Assembly (NCBI GenBank): GCA_965205655.1
Contig: CBDBIJ010000058.1
Coordinates: forward strand, 64,001-128,000
DNA length: 64,000 nt
Direction of reading: 5' to 3'
Source of the DNA: Candidatus Latescibacterota bacterium
GTDB lineage: Bacteria > Latescibacterota > UBA2968 > UBA8231
The stretch's first letter is position 1; each line of letters starts with the position of its first letter. The position numbers were made by a program, and so were the translations under genes. This document shows positions 23,375-34,943 of the stretch, piece by piece. The notes below the pieces were generated by a model. The model did not search any database. It saw only the letters and a program-made list of their open reading frames with translations, and was not told the DNA's origin.

Positions 23375-25403
23375 AGCTGTGGCCCTTTCGGGGAGTCGCT
23401 GCGCGACTCCCCGAAAGGGCTTCTCCGGCCGTTCGCTGTTGCCCGTCTGCGCAATATCGATCTCGTGCTACTCTATGTCCCTCGAGGCGGCGGAGACCTA
23501 CACCCTGAGATTTTCCAAGTCCAGTGACCGGATGAGTTGGCGCCCCTCGATTCCCGGCTGGAGATACACGGTACCGGTGGCGCTAGTGGCCTCCGGAGAC
23601 ACGACGGCGAGACTGAGTCTCTCCGCCAATACCTCGATGGGCGCGACTCTCACAGAGCGATCGGGTAGGAAGACGTGGCAGGACAACGTCAGCATCAGCA
23701 GCTCCATCAACTACCCCATTCTCGGGCCGAAGGCGTCGATCGGCATGAGCGCGAATATGTCGAGCCGCAGCAGCACCCTCGTAAACCAGCGGATTCGTTC
23801 GCAGACCTTCGGGTTCCGGTTCTCCTACAGCCCCTTCGCGGGCCGGGACGGACCCTTCAAGAGCATGAGAGTGAGTCTAACTCCGAGCTTGATCACCGCC
23901 GGCAGGGCGACCCGAGCCAACCTGGACAGTACGATCGAGGAAAGGGGAATTCAGTACAGCGCGTCTCTGAGCGTGTCGCCGGCGCTGAAGATCGGTGGTC
24001 AGAAGGTCAGTCCGTCCTTCCGCCTGTCGAAGCGGGACAACACGCTCAAGAGCAACAAGAGCAGGAGCGAGAGTATGAGTCTGTCGGGCAGCTACAAGCT
24101 GGCCAAGGACCTGAGGACCAGTTTGTCATTCTCCGAGGGCCGCAGCGAGCGGGGGTTGACCAGGGCCATCTTCGACACTGTTTCGCTGGGCGACGAGGTC
24201 GTCAACGACACGACAGTATCGGCCGAGCTGTCGGAAACACGGACCCGGAGCGTGAGCACCTCCCTGAAGTTCAAGCTTGCAGGCTTCGACTTCAACAGCA
24301 AACACGGTTGGTCGCAAAACCTGAACACGAACACGGCGAACGTAGCCGAAGATGCGCGGAATCGCTTCTTCGCCCGAGATCGGGAGACGGCTCGCTGGAA
24401 CTTCGGCCTGGACGCAAACGGCAAACTACCGGCAGGGCTGGTGGCACGCGCCAAGTTTCAGTACGACCTGGACAGCCTCGAGCGTCTGCCGGTCAGACTC
24501 GCCAGCGGCAGCTCCTGCCCGCCGCCGACGCGGCAGATCGCCCCAGGTGTGTGTCGAGACCCCAGTGACGATCGAGACAACCGCGATATGGCCCTCAATG
24601 GATCGCTGAACTTTCAGGTTGTGAAAGACCACACGCTCACGTTGTTCGGCTCCAGTAGACTGAGCCGAGGCGACAACCCGGGCGATCCCCAACGGGATCG
24701 CGACACCTCCACGGGCAACGCCAGCGTGGGGTATCGCGGCACGTTCGCCAGCGGTCTCAGCTTGAGCAGCACGTTGAGCGTGACCAACCTTCACCGGATT
24801 TTTCTTGACGCAACCCAGTCCAGCAAGAATTCGCGCAATCGCGATCTCAGACTGAAAATCAACACATCCTACCAGAGGCTGGAGACGAATCTCAGCCATA
24901 GTTTTGAAATATCCGCCAGGAGAACTATTTTCGACTTCGATCGCGAGCTGAACGAACGCGTTATCGATCGCAAGAGCACGATCAGGCGCAGCTGGACAAT
25001 GAGGCACTCGGCAAGTCGCTCGTTGCTCGACGGGCTCAGACTGAGCGGCAATTTTGCATACTCAGCGGATGACTTGGGCACGCTGCTGTTGGACAGGCGG
25101 GCGCAGATCGTCGAGCAAGACAACGCCGATTTCAACTTCGGTACCAACATGAATTACAGAGTCAACGACGAGTTGTCGTGCGGCGTGAACTACAGCAGCC
25201 GGCTCGATCGGCAATGGAAATGGACATATCCCGTTGGCGGGCCAGAGCGGGATCTGTCGCGGCGCAACCGCCACCGGACCCTCGGAGTTAGCGCCAACTA
25301 CAACCCGAGCAGCGAGACGAGTATGAACGCTCGAGCGAGCCGTTCGCGGCAGCGCAGCGGCACCTTTGACAGCTTCAGCGTCACTTTCACGCGCAGGGTC
25401 TAG
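23337..25403 (+). CDS. Putative outer-membrane beta-barrel protein (start uncertain)
   Basis: Long Ser/Thr/Asn/Arg-rich ORF with alternating amphipathic strands, ending FSVTFTRRV. Co-oriented between rsmA and ilvE. Confidence 0.65.
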   Translation: MHPRRLAGRSAIEAVALSGSRCATPRKGFSGRSLLPVCAISISCYSMSLEAAETYTLRFSKSSDRMSWRPSIPGWRYTVPVALVASGDTTARLSLSANTSMGATLTERSGRKTWQDNVSISSSINYPILGPKASIGMSANMSSRSSTLVNQRIRSQTFGFRFSYSPFAGRDGPFKSMRVSLTPSLITAGRATRANLDSTIEERGIQYSASLSVSPALKIGGQKVSPSFRLSKRDNTLKSNKSRSESMSLSGSYKLAKDLRTSLSFSEGRSERGLTRAIFDTVSLGDEVVNDTTVSAELSETRTRSVSTSLKFKLAGFDFNSKHGWSQNLNTNTANVAEDARNRFFARDRETARWNFGLDANGKLPAGLVARAKFQYDLDSLERLPVRLASGSSCPPPTRQIAPGVCRDPSDDRDNRDMALNGSLNFQVVKDHTLTLFGSSRLSRGDNPGDPQRDRDTSTGNASVGYRGTFASGLSLSSTLSVTNLHRIFLDATQSSKNSRNRDLRLKINTSYQRLETNLSHSFEISARRTIFDFDRELNERVIDRKSTIRRSWTMRHSASRSLLDGLRLSGNFAYSADDLGTLLLDRRAQIVEQDNADFNFGTNMNYRVNDELSCGVNYSSRLDRQWKWTYPVGGPERDLSRRNRHRTLGVSANYNPSSETSMNARASRSRQRSGTFDSFSVTFTRRV

Positions 25404-25430
25404 CCGCAGTGTATAGCCGCAGTGTATAGC
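25401..25430. repeat. 13-bp tandem repeat (2.3 copies)
   Basis: TAGCCGCAGTGTA twice, plus TAGC. Confidence 0.85.
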
Positions 25431-25453
25431 AAGGTCTAGTGGAGTAACGGCAC

Positions 25454-26377
25454 ATGCCCGACATGCCAAGGTCCGACACGATATGGTTCAACGGCGAGTG
25501 GGTGCCTTGGGACGAGGCGAACATTCACGTGCTGTCACACGTGGTCCACTACGGCTCGAGCGTGTTCGAGGGAATCAGGTGCTACGATACAGCGAAGGGG
25601 CCAGCTGTTTTTCGATTGCAGGATCACATACGCCGGCTCTACGACTCGGCCAAGATCTACCGCATGGAGATCCCCTACTCACAGGACCAGTTTATTGACG
25701 CGGTGCTCGAGACGATTCGGGCGAACAAGCTACGAGCCTGCTACATCAGGCCAATCGTCTACCGGGGGTACGGGTCTCTGGGAGTCGACCCGCACACCTG
25801 CCCGGTGGATTGTGTAATCGCCGTATGGGAGTGGGGTGAATACCTCGGGGACGAGGCGCTCGAGAAAGGCGTCTCAGTGTGCACGTCGTCGTGGAACCGG
25901 ATGGGCCCCAACACCCTTCCCTTCCTGGCGAAGGCAGGGGGCAACTACCTCAACTCGCAGCTCGTACGCATGGAAGCCAACGCCAACGGTTACGACGAGG
26001 GCATCGTCCTGGGGCCCGACGGCCTGGTGAGCGAAGGCAGCGGCGAGAATATTTTCGCGGTCAGGAATTCCGTCATCAACACGCCGACCACCCACCACTC
26101 GATCCTGCCGGGAATAACGCGACACAGCGCCTTCACGCTCGCGAGAGACCTCGGTTATCGCGTTGAACAGCGGGGCATGCCGCGGGAGTTCCTCTACATC
26201 GCCGACGAGGTTTTCTTTACCGGCACGGCAGCCGAAGTCTCCCCCATCCGCGCCATCGATAAGATCCAGATCGGCGACGGCAAACGCGGGCCGATTACGA
26301 AGAAGGTGCAGGACCTGTTCTTCAAGGTCACGAACGCCGAAGTCGAGGACTGCCACGGCTGGCTCACCTTTGTCTGA
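25454..26377 (+). CDS. ilvE: Branched-chain amino acid aminotransferase
   Basis: [42 protein letters not shown]. Confidence 0.97.
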   Translation: MPDMPRSDTIWFNGEWVPWDEANIHVLSHVVHYGSSVFEGIRCYDTAKGPAVFRLQDHIRRLYDSAKIYRMEIPYSQDQFIDAVLETIRANKLRACYIRPIVYRGYGSLGVDPHTCPVDCVIAVWEWGEYLGDEALEKGVSVCTSSWNRMGPNTLPFLAKAGGNYLNSQLVRMEANANGYDEGIVLGPDGLVSEGSGENIFAVRNSVINTPTTHHSILPGITRHSAFTLARDLGYRVEQRGMPREFLYIADEVFFTGTAAEVSPIRAIDKIQIGDGKRGPITKKVQDLFFKVTNAEVEDCHGWLTFV

Positions 26378-28625
26378 CATCCGTCGTCGCACGGTTCGAA
26401 GGGTCGTCGCCGTCTGGCTACCCTTCGCAATCGTCCTCGCCGGCTGCTTTTCCAACAATCCCTACCGCGCCTCGGAACGCGGTCAGAACACCTACTACGG
26501 TGTGTTCGGGGAACCGCCAAAGCATCTCGATCCGGCGATTTCCTACTCGTCGGGCCAGTACACCTTCATAAGCCAGATTTACGAGCCGCCGCTGCAGTAC
26601 CATTATCTGAGGCGGCCGTACGAACTGATTCCGCTCACGGCACAGCGCGTACCTACGCCCACCTACTACGGTGCCGACGGACGACTCCTCGGCACCGAGC
26701 CGCCCGCCGACGAGGTGTCGCGCGCCGTGTACCGGGTGGAGATCAGTCCGCACGTACTGTATCAGCCACACCCCTGCTTCGCCCGTAGTGACGACGGCGC
26801 GTATCTCTACCACGATCTGAAATCGAATACCGCTACCGAGGCATTGCGGCAGCGTCTCGACACGTACGAAGAGATCGAGGAATTCGAGGTGCAGGCTACG
26901 CGTGAACTGACGGCCGCCGATTACGCCTATCAGATCAAACGGCTGGCCGATCCGCGGTTGCACAGCCCGATCTTCTCCACAATGGCCAAGTACATCGTCG
27001 GGCTGGATAGACTGGGCCAGGATCTGAACGACGAATTGGACCGCATCCGGCGGGATCGCCGCCAGCGCGCAGGCGCGCTCTACAGCCAGGAGAGAGACGA
27101 GCTCCAGAATCCGATCTGGTTGGACCTGGACCGCTTCGAGCTACAGGGAGTGCGGGTGCTCGGTGAGTTGACCTTGGAAATAGAGCTCAGTCAGAAGTAT
27201 CCCCAGTTCGTCTATTGGCTGGCGATGCCGTTCTTCGCCCCAATTCCGCGCGAGGCAGATCGCTTTTTTGCCCAGGAACCCTTGATGCGGCGGAATCTCA
27301 GGCTCGACAATCGTCCCATCGGGACCGGCCCCTACCGAATGGCTTCATTCGTGGCCCACAAAGAGATCGTTTTGGTGCGCAACGAGAACTACCGGGCAGC
27401 CTTCTATCCCACGGAGGGCGAGCCTGGAGACGAAGCAAAAGGGTTCCTCGACGATGCTGGAGCGCGATTGCCGTTCATCGACAGGGCGGTGTACAAGCTC
27501 GATAAGGAGTCCATACCACGGTGGAGCAAGTTTCTCCAGGGCTACTACGAGACGTCCCTCATCGCCACCGAGGTCTTCGACCAGGTGGTACAGTTCGATG
27601 CCGAGGGCGGCCTCGATCTTTCGCCACAACTCGAGGAGCGCGGGGTCCATCTCGTCAAGACAGTGCAGCCCCGGATTCGGTACTTCGCCTTCAACATGAA
27701 CGACGACGTCGTGGGGGGGTACGGCGAGGAGAAACGGAGGCTGAGGCAGGCGCTTTCGATCGCCGTCGATATCGAGGAGTACATTCAGATCTTCACCAAC
27801 GGCCGCGGGCAGCCGGCTCACGACCCGATCCCACCAGGAATTTTCGGTCACGGGTCAGGGAGTGGACAGATGGACCCGTTCGTCTACCGAAAGGACGAGG
27901 CAACAGGCGAACCGCTGCGGCGAACCATCGATGAAGCCAGGGCGCTGCTGGCCGAAGCCGGATACGAGGGCGGCAAGGACGCCTCCGGTGAGCCTCTCGT
28001 GCTCTACTTCGATACCTACTGGACGGGTCCCGGCGCCAAGGCGCGCACGGACTGGCTCCGGAAGCAATTCGCCAGGCTCGAAGTCGACCTCGAGATTCGC
28101 CAGACAGACTACAACCGGTTCAACGGCAAGATATCGAAGGGGAACTATCAGATGTTTATGTGGGGGTGGAACGCGGACTACCCCGACCCCGAAAATTTCC
28201 TTTTTCTACTGTACGGTCCGAACGGCACGACAAAGCACGGCGGCGCCAACCACAGCAACTACGACAACCCGGAGTTCAACCGGCTCTTCAAGCTGATGGA
28301 ATCCACGGCGAACGGACCGGAACGGCGCGCTCTGCTCGAGCAGATGCTGGCCATCGCCCGGCGCGACTCCCCGTGGATCTGGGGGTATTTCCCGGTTTCG
28401 TTCACTCTCTACCACGAGTGGTACGGAAACGCCAAGCCGCTGGGAATAAGCAAGAACGACCTCAAATACAAGAAGGTCGATCCAACGCTGAGGGAACAGC
28501 GCCGACGTGAGTGGAATCAACCGGTGTCGTGGCCGCTGTGGGTGGCAGCGGTCGCCGTGGCAGCAGCGGCCATTCCCGCGCTGGTCACCATTCGCCGCCG
28601 GGAGCGCGAGGTCACGTCGCCGTGA
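26370..28625 (+). CDS. Peptide/nickel ABC substrate-binding lipoprotein (family 5) with C-terminal TM helix
   Basis: LAGC lipobox after a TTG start (start inferred), [24 protein letters not shown]; hydrophobic C-terminal segment. Confidence 0.88.
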   Translation: MSDIRRRTVRRVVAVWLPFAIVLAGCFSNNPYRASERGQNTYYGVFGEPPKHLDPAISYSSGQYTFISQIYEPPLQYHYLRRPYELIPLTAQRVPTPTYYGADGRLLGTEPPADEVSRAVYRVEISPHVLYQPHPCFARSDDGAYLYHDLKSNTATEALRQRLDTYEEIEEFEVQATRELTAADYAYQIKRLADPRLHSPIFSTMAKYIVGLDRLGQDLNDELDRIRRDRRQRAGALYSQERDELQNPIWLDLDRFELQGVRVLGELTLEIELSQKYPQFVYWLAMPFFAPIPREADRFFAQEPLMRRNLRLDNRPIGTGPYRMASFVAHKEIVLVRNENYRAAFYPTEGEPGDEAKGFLDDAGARLPFIDRAVYKLDKESIPRWSKFLQGYYETSLIATEVFDQVVQFDAEGGLDLSPQLEERGVHLVKTVQPRIRYFAFNMNDDVVGGYGEEKRRLRQALSIAVDIEEYIQIFTNGRGQPAHDPIPPGIFGHGSGSGQMDPFVYRKDEATGEPLRRTIDEARALLAEAGYEGGKDASGEPLVLYFDTYWTGPGAKARTDWLRKQFARLEVDLEIRQTDYNRFNGKISKGNYQMFMWGWNADYPDPENFLFLLYGPNGTTKHGGANHSNYDNPEFNRLFKLMESTANGPERRALLEQMLAIARRDSPWIWGYFPVSFTLYHEWYGNAKPLGISKNDLKYKKVDPTLREQRRREWNQPVSWPLWVAAVAVAAAAIPALVTIRRREREVTSP

Positions 28626-28641
28626 CCTCCGTCTTCTCGCC

Positions 28642-29958
28642 GTGACGGCCTACATCATCAGGCGGCTGTCATACGCCGTGCCCATTCTCATCGGCGTCAA
28701 CCTCATCACCTTCTTTCTGTTCTTCTTCATCAACACGCCGGACGACATGGCCAGGGCTCACCTCGGCACGCAACGGGTCACGGCTGAGCAAATCGCCAAG
28801 TGGAAGCGTGAGCGGGACTATCACTTGCCCTACTTCCTGAACTCGGGGTGGAGCCAGTTCGTCGTGCGCGAAGTGAGGGATGGCGAGGTGCGGTTGAGCC
28901 TGCCGTCGTCGCAGGCTCCCGGCTCTTACCGGATGCGGGTGGACGTTCCCACTCCGGCACCGGGCACCCTTTCCATCGACGTGCACGGCGACAGGGGGAG
29001 GTCGCCCATCGAGGACTGGCCGCCGGGAGGGTGGAGGATAGGGCTGGACTCTCCAACCCACGAGCTGGAGTTCGCCTTGACGGAGACATCTCCAGAAGGC
29101 CGAGACGACGACGGACTGCTCTTCTTCACGCTCTCGGCGTCCTCCGGGTCGCCGATGTCGTTGGTCACGATCGAGTACGAGGAGTCTCTGAGACTGGCTC
29201 AGAGCATCACCTCAACAATCTTCTGGAAGAAATCGGTCAAGTACCTGCTGTTTCAGTTCGGCAAGTCGGACGACGGCCGCGACATCACTGCCGAGATCCT
29301 CATCCGCATCGGACCAAGCCTCGCCATAACGGTTCCCACGTTCATCATCGGCATTCTGCTAAACATCACCATGGCGATGATGGTGGCGTTCTTTCGCGGT
29401 ACTTACATGGACTTCTGGGGTGTCGTCATCGCCGTGACCATGATGTCCATCTCCATCCTGTTCTACGTCATCGGCGCCCAGTGGCTGCTGGCCAAAACGC
29501 TCAGGCTCGTTCCTATCTCCGGGTTCGACACGGGCCTTCACGCAGTAAAGTTCGCGGCCCTCCCAGTCGTCATCGGCGTGATCGGCGGGATCGGTGGCGG
29601 GGTGCGACTCTACCGCACCTTCTTTCTCGAAGAGATCGGACGGGACTACGTGCGCACCGCTCGAGCCAAGGGGCTGCCGGAGTCGCTCGTCCTCTTCAAG
29701 CACGCGCTCAAGAACGCGATGATCCCGATCCTGACCGGTGTCGTCGTGACCATTCCCTTTCTCATCATCGGCAGCCTCATCCTGGAATCCTTCTTCGCCA
29801 TACCCGGAATGGGCAGCTTTACCCTGGAGGCGATCCAGCGGCAGGACTTCGCCATCGTCCAGGCCATGGTCTTTCTCGGCTCGGTCGTTTACATCGTCGG
29901 CCTCATCCTCACCGACATCTCCTACACGCTGGTGGACCCGAGGATCCGCTTCTCGTAG
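28642..29958 (+). CDS. Peptide ABC permease (OppB/DppB-like) with an enlarged extracytoplasmic loop
   Basis: YIIRRL, DYVRTARAKGL, HALKNAMIP, DISYTLVDPRI; GTG start inferred. Confidence 0.9.
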   Translation: MTAYIIRRLSYAVPILIGVNLITFFLFFFINTPDDMARAHLGTQRVTAEQIAKWKRERDYHLPYFLNSGWSQFVVREVRDGEVRLSLPSSQAPGSYRMRVDVPTPAPGTLSIDVHGDRGRSPIEDWPPGGWRIGLDSPTHELEFALTETSPEGRDDDGLLFFTLSASSGSPMSLVTIEYEESLRLAQSITSTIFWKKSVKYLLFQFGKSDDGRDITAEILIRIGPSLAITVPTFIIGILLNITMAMMVAFFRGTYMDFWGVVIAVTMMSISILFYVIGAQWLLAKTLRLVPISGFDTGLHAVKFAALPVVIGVIGGIGGGVRLYRTFFLEEIGRDYVRTARAKGLPESLVLFKHALKNAMIPILTGVVVTIPFLIIGSLILESFFAIPGMGSFTLEAIQRQDFAIVQAMVFLGSVVYIVGLILTDISYTLVDPRIRFS

Positions 29959-29999
29959 CGGCAGCACCTAACGCTCATGCCTGCCCTCTCTTTCGCGGA

Positions 30000-31421
30000 C
30001 TGGCGATTCGGATCGTCCTGCTCACCACCGACCTGCTGCTGTTCGGACTCGTCCTCTGCGTCGTCGGCTTTCTCATGGCGGCGCGCCGTCGCGAACACTA
30101 CCGTCAGGCATGGGCGCAATTCAGCGCCAGGCGCCTGCCCATGATTTGCGGCGGTGTCGTGCTGCTCTACGGTTTCGTCGGCCTGCTCGATTCGGCCCAT
30201 TTCCAACTGAGAGCCAGGACCGCGGGGGGCCTGCAACAGAACGACGAGCGGGAACAGCCGGTATACGCGCCGGAGGTGCTGTCGTTCGTCGACCTGATTT
30301 GCTCGGATCTGCGTCAGCGAACAGAAAAGACCTTTTCGGCACCCTTCGCCATCTATCAATCCACCAAGGAATCGATGACCGGTTCGGATGGCACGTCCGG
30401 ACGGGATTACCCGAGGCTCTTGTTCGCGGGCAGCCACCTGTCGGATCCGGACGACCGATTGAGCGACATCGTCAGCCTCGGTGGCAGAGGGCTTATGGCC
30501 GGCTTGCTCATTGCCGCCGTCGTGCTGGCGTTGACGATCGGCGCATCGACGTGGGCCGCCAGTCGCGTTTCCGGTCGTGATTGGAGAGCCGGCCTGAATC
30601 GCGGACTTGGAGTCGGCGGTTTTCTGGGCGCCATCATCGTCACCGTGACGACCGTGGCCCAGCTGTCGAGTCAGTATCACGTTCTCGGCACGGACCAGGT
30701 CGGACACGATGTCCTCTACCGAGCCCTGAAGGGCTGTCGCGTCGGCCTCGTGCTCGGCACATTGACGACGCTTATCGCCACGCCTCTGGCCATTCTCTTC
30801 GGCATCGCCGCCGGCTATCTTGGCGGCAAGATCGACGACGCCATTCAATACATTTACACGACACTCAGCTCCATCCCCGAGATACTCCTCATCGCCGCCG
30901 CGATGCTCATCGTCACTACGTCGGCAGCGAGCGGGCTGACCATCTACGCCGCCGACAAGCGCCTCGTATGGCTTTGCGTAGTGATTGGGATCGGCGGCTG
31001 GACCGGGCTGTGCCGTCTCATCCGCGGTGAGACCCTCAAGCTGCGCGAGCTTGAGTACGTCCAGGCGGCAGAGGCGCTGGGGGTGGGTGCCGCCAAGATC
31101 ATGACGCGTCACATCCTGCCGAATGTCACCCACCTCGTGCTCATCTCCATGCTCCTCCGCTTCAGCGGCCTCGTGTTGACGGAAGCGGTTCTGGCGTACG
31201 CGAACATCGGCGTCCACCCGGCCATGGACAGCTGGGGGAAGATGATCAACGGCGCCCGTCTCGACATTTCGCGCGATCCGATCGTGTGGTGGAATCTGCT
31301 CGCCGCCTTCCTCTTCATGTTCGGCCTGGTGCTGCCGGCCAACATTTTCGGAGACGCAGTGCGGGATGCCCTCGATCCGCGCCTCAAAGCCGAGGGTCAG
31401 CCAGAAGCCGGGGGCAGATGA
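30000..31421 (+). CDS. Peptide ABC permease (OppC/DppC-like), start uncertain
   Basis: HVLGTDQVGHDV, EYVQAAEALG, RHILPN, GDAVRDALDPR. No in-frame ATG precedes the first TM helix. Confidence 0.88.
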   Translation: MAIRIVLLTTDLLLFGLVLCVVGFLMAARRREHYRQAWAQFSARRLPMICGGVVLLYGFVGLLDSAHFQLRARTAGGLQQNDEREQPVYAPEVLSFVDLICSDLRQRTEKTFSAPFAIYQSTKESMTGSDGTSGRDYPRLLFAGSHLSDPDDRLSDIVSLGGRGLMAGLLIAAVVLALTIGASTWAASRVSGRDWRAGLNRGLGVGGFLGAIIVTVTTVAQLSSQYHVLGTDQVGHDVLYRALKGCRVGLVLGTLTTLIATPLAILFGIAAGYLGGKIDDAIQYIYTTLSSIPEILLIAAAMLIVTTSAASGLTIYAADKRLVWLCVVIGIGGWTGLCRLIRGETLKLRELEYVQAAEALGVGAAKIMTRHILPNVTHLVLISMLLRFSGLVLTEAVLAYANIGVHPAMDSWGKMINGARLDISRDPIVWWNLLAAFLFMFGLVLPANIFGDAVRDALDPRLKAEGQPEAGGR

Positions 31422-31424
31422 CGG

Positions 31425-33482
31425 ATGACTGATCAGATTGAGAACCGAGAGCGGATGCTCGAACGGGCCGATGCGCTCCTCGACGTTGTGGACTTGCGCA
31501 CCTATTTCCGTACCTCCGACGGAATCGCCAAGGCCGTTGACGGGGTCTCCTTTCACATCCGCAAAGGCGAGACGTTCGCCCTCGTCGGTGAGTCGGGGAG
31601 CGGCAAGAGCGTCACGGCCCTGTCGATCATCCAGCTCGTGCAACAGCCTGCGGGCTACATCGCCTCGGGAAGTATCTCTTACCAGGGCGTCGATGTCGTC
31701 CGCCTGCCGGAAATGGAAAAGCGGAGGCTGCGCGGCAACGACATCTCCATGATCTTCCAGGAGCCTATGACAAGCCTGAATCCGGTACTCACGGTTGAGG
31801 CGCAGATCACAGAGACCATCCGCCAGCACCAGCAGGTCAATCGCGCCGAGGCGCGCGCCCGCGCCCTGGAGATGCTCGAACTCGTGCGGATGCCCGAACC
31901 AGCCCAGCGCCTGCGCGAGTATCCGCATCAGCTGTCCGGCGGCATGTGCCAGCGGGTCATGATCGCCATCGCCCTGGCCTGCCAGCCCGGTTTGCTCATC
32001 GCCGACGAGCCGACGACGGCGCTCGACGTGACCATCCAGGAGCAGATACTCGAGCTCATGCGGGCCCTTCAGGAACGCTTCGGAACGGCCATCCTCCTCA
32101 TCACTCACGATCTGGGTGTGGTCGCCGAGAACGCCGACCGGGTGGCGGTCATGTACGCCGGCCGCATCGTCGAGGAGGCGCCCCGAGCGGCACTGTTCGC
32201 CACCCCCGCGCACCCGTACACCGTCAAACTGCTCGAATCGCTACCGCGGATCGATGGCGGTGACGGCAAGCTCCTGCAGACCATCGAGGGGCGGGTGCCT
32301 CAGGCGACGCGCTATCCTGAGGGCTGTCGTTTTGCGCCGCGCTGTCACCTGGCCATGGAGGCCTGCAGTCAAACAGACCCACAGCTGATGCCGGTGCGGG
32401 ACGGCCAGAAGGCAGCCTGCCTTTTGTACGCCGGAGATGCAACCCCAGCGCTCGAGGATCTTTCTACGCCCACGTCAGCACTCCTTGGCCGTCGCGGGGC
32501 AGTCGAGACGTCGAGGGAGCAGATCATGACCGCGACAGGTGTCAAAGTGTGGTTTCCCATCCGCCGGGGAATCCTGCAGCGAACCGCCGGCTACGTACGA
32601 GCCGTGGACGGAGTGGACCTGGCGGTCCGGCGGGGCCAGACCCTGGCACTGGTGGGAGAGTCCGGCTGCGGAAAAACGACGCTTGGACGCTCCCTGATCC
32701 GACTCCTGCGCCCTACTGCGGGCAGTATCAGCTATCGAGGTAAAGACCTCACGGCGCTGACGCCGCGTCAGCTGAAGCCCTACCGGCGGCGACTGCAGAT
32801 CGTGTTTCAGGATCCGTACGGCTCGCTCGATCCGCGAATGATGGTCGGCGACATTCTGACCGAGGGCATGGAGGCCCACAGGATCGGATCCAACAGGAGA
32901 GATCGCATACAGCGCGCCCAACACGTGCTGGAACAGGTGGGAATGGAAGCCGGCATGATCACCCGGTATCCGCACGAATTTTCGGGGGGTCAGCGACAGC
33001 GCATCGGCATCGCCCGCTGCCTCGCCGTGGACCCGGAGTTCATCGTATGCGATGAGGCGACAAGCGCCCTCGATGTGTCCGTTCAGGCGCAGATCATCAA
33101 CCTGCTCCAGCGCCTGCAGGAGGAACTGGGACTGGCCTACTTGCTCATCACCCACGATCTGTCCGTCGTCTCACACATGGCGGACGAGGTTGCGGTGATG
33201 TATCTGGGTCGAATCGTAGAGCGGGGCAGCCGCGACGATATCTTCGGCGCCGCGCGACACCCGTACACGCGGGCGCTGCTATCGGCCAGACCCCAGGTGG
33301 ATCCCGTTTCCGGCGCCCAGAAGATCCGTCTCAGCGGCGACGTCCCCTCCCCGGCAAACCCGCCGGCGGGATGCCACTTCCACCCGCGCTGTCCGGAGCG
33401 AATTCGCGGATGCGATGAGGCCTATCCGGCCCAGGTGGAGATCTCCGAAAGCCACGGCTGTCGTTGTATTCTGTATGGCTGA
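31425..33482 (+). CDS. Fused OppD-OppF peptide ABC ATP-binding protein
   Basis: Two ATPase domains ([16 protein letters not shown]), each with HPYT and [16 protein letters not shown] tails. Confidence 0.95.
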   Translation: MTDQIENRERMLERADALLDVVDLRTYFRTSDGIAKAVDGVSFHIRKGETFALVGESGSGKSVTALSIIQLVQQPAGYIASGSISYQGVDVVRLPEMEKRRLRGNDISMIFQEPMTSLNPVLTVEAQITETIRQHQQVNRAEARARALEMLELVRMPEPAQRLREYPHQLSGGMCQRVMIAIALACQPGLLIADEPTTALDVTIQEQILELMRALQERFGTAILLITHDLGVVAENADRVAVMYAGRIVEEAPRAALFATPAHPYTVKLLESLPRIDGGDGKLLQTIEGRVPQATRYPEGCRFAPRCHLAMEACSQTDPQLMPVRDGQKAACLLYAGDATPALEDLSTPTSALLGRRGAVETSREQIMTATGVKVWFPIRRGILQRTAGYVRAVDGVDLAVRRGQTLALVGESGCGKTTLGRSLIRLLRPTAGSISYRGKDLTALTPRQLKPYRRRLQIVFQDPYGSLDPRMMVGDILTEGMEAHRIGSNRRDRIQRAQHVLEQVGMEAGMITRYPHEFSGGQRQRIGIARCLAVDPEFIVCDEATSALDVSVQAQIINLLQRLQEELGLAYLLITHDLSVVSHMADEVAVMYLGRIVERGSRDDIFGAARHPYTRALLSARPQVDPVSGAQKIRLSGDVPSPANPPAGCHFHPRCPERIRGCDEAYPAQVEISESHGCRCILYG

Positions 33483-33535
33483 TGCGGCGCCGAGGTGAGC
33501 GACCGAGTAGAGCGCCTGGCGGGAGAGCGGAAAAC

Positions 33536-34816
33536 TCACCCGTCGAGAAAACCGGGCACGCACTCGTTGGCCACGATCTGCTCGAGGGTCTGGCGGCACC
33601 GTATCTCGTGAAAGGTGCCATCGCCGGCTACTAGGACTTCGGCCGCCTCGGGAAACGAGTTGTAGTTCTTGGCCGACATGCCGGCGCAGTAAGCACCACT
33701 GCCGCCGACGAGGGCGGCGTCGCCGACGCGGGCTTCGGCGAGGGTGCGGGGAAGAAGCCCCTCGGGGTTCCCGGGTTCGGGCGTCAACACATCGCCGCTC
33801 TCGCAACAGTGACCGACCACCAGGTAGTCGCGAGTTCCCCGGCTCTCTCCGGCTGGCGGCACCAACACAACAGGGTGCTGGGCGCCGTACATGCTGGGCC
33901 TGAGGATTTCCGTCATGCCCCCGTCGACCTTGATGAAGGAGTAGCCCTCCTTGCCGGTGTCGACGACATCCGTCACCGTCAGGATGACGGAGCCGGCCGC
34001 GGCCACCAAAAAGGTTCCGGGTTCGATTTCAAGTTTGAGCGCGCGTCCCGAATCATCTCTGAAGCGCTCGAGCTCCTCGCAGACAGGTCCACCGGCCGCA
34101 GCCAGATCGGCCTCCGGCTCGTCAGCCATGCGGCCGACCTTGTAGCCTCCGCCGAGGTTGATCGCAGAGACGTCGGGCAAGTGGCGGGCGATGTCGAGCG
34201 TGAGTCGGGCGCAGCGCTGCCACACGACGGGGTCCGTGCCGCTGCCGATGTGGCTGTGGAGCAGCCCGATGCGCAGACCGAACTTCTCACGAATCGCGAG
34301 AGCCTGCTCCAATTGGCCGTGCCAGATGCCAAAACTGGCCGACGGACCGCCAACGTTGGTGCGGTTGCTGTGCCCCGACCCGAGCCCCGGATTGAATCTC
34401 ACTCCCACCTCTGACCCGGGGAAAAGGCTGCCGTAGGTGGCCAGCTGGTGCAGAGAGCAGGCGTTGAATCGCACCCCCTCTTCGACGAGGGTCGCCAGAT
34501 CGGCGGGAAGTTCCTGAGCCGTCAGCAGGACGTGGCCCGCCGGCACACCCGCAAGGAGGGCGCGGCGGGCCTCGAAGCCGCTGCTGGCGTCGATGTGAAG
34601 GCCGAGACGGTGGAAGATCCTGATGACGGCCGCACTCGGGCAGGACTTCATGGCGAATCGGACGATGAGTCCGAACGGGTTCGGGAAGTCCAGGGCTTTT
34701 CGCGCCTGTCGTTCCAGCGTCGCCTGATCGTACGCGTACAGGGGGGTGCCGAAGCGCGACTGAAGTGATCGCACCTGGTCTTCCGAGACTGAGAACACGG
34801 GCTCCACCGGGATCAT
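33536..34816 (-). CDS. lysA: Diaminopimelate decarboxylase
   Basis: GTPLYAYD, FAMKS (PLP lysine), HSHIGSG, NLGGG, EPG, CESGD, GAYC, YNSFP. Confidence 0.9.
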   Translation of the reverse strand: MIPVEPVFSVSEDQVRSLQSRFGTPLYAYDQATLERQARKALDFPNPFGLIVRFAMKSCPSAAVIRIFHRLGLHIDASSGFEARRALLAGVPAGHVLLTAQELPADLATLVEEGVRFNACSLHQLATYGSLFPGSEVGVRFNPGLGSGHSNRTNVGGPSASFGIWHGQLEQALAIREKFGLRIGLLHSHIGSGTDPVVWQRCARLTLDIARHLPDVSAINLGGGYKVGRMADEPEADLAAAGGPVCEELERFRDDSGRALKLEIEPGTFLVAAAGSVILTVTDVVDTGKEGYSFIKVDGGMTEILRPSMYGAQHPVVLVPPAGESRGTRDYLVVGHCCESGDVLTPEPGNPEGLLPRTLAEARVGDAALVGGSGAYCAGMSAKNYNSFPEAAEVLVAGDGTFHEIRCRQTLEQIVANECVPGFLDG

Positions 34817-34943
34817 CCCAAACGTCGTATCTTGCTATTTTTACTTCACGTGGGTAGGTTATTCGAGCGTCAAAACAGAGTATGACGCCCGCCTCCAACC
34901 TCGTCAAGTCAATCGCCTCCCGCGCCCAAACCCGTAGTTGAAA

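Noticed and set aside
29922..32213. 763-aa minus-strand ORF, and similar long antisense ORFs (2623-3843, 42165-43763, 46368-47906, 47952-49640)
   Set aside because: Antisense shadows of real high-GC genes; no motifs of their own.
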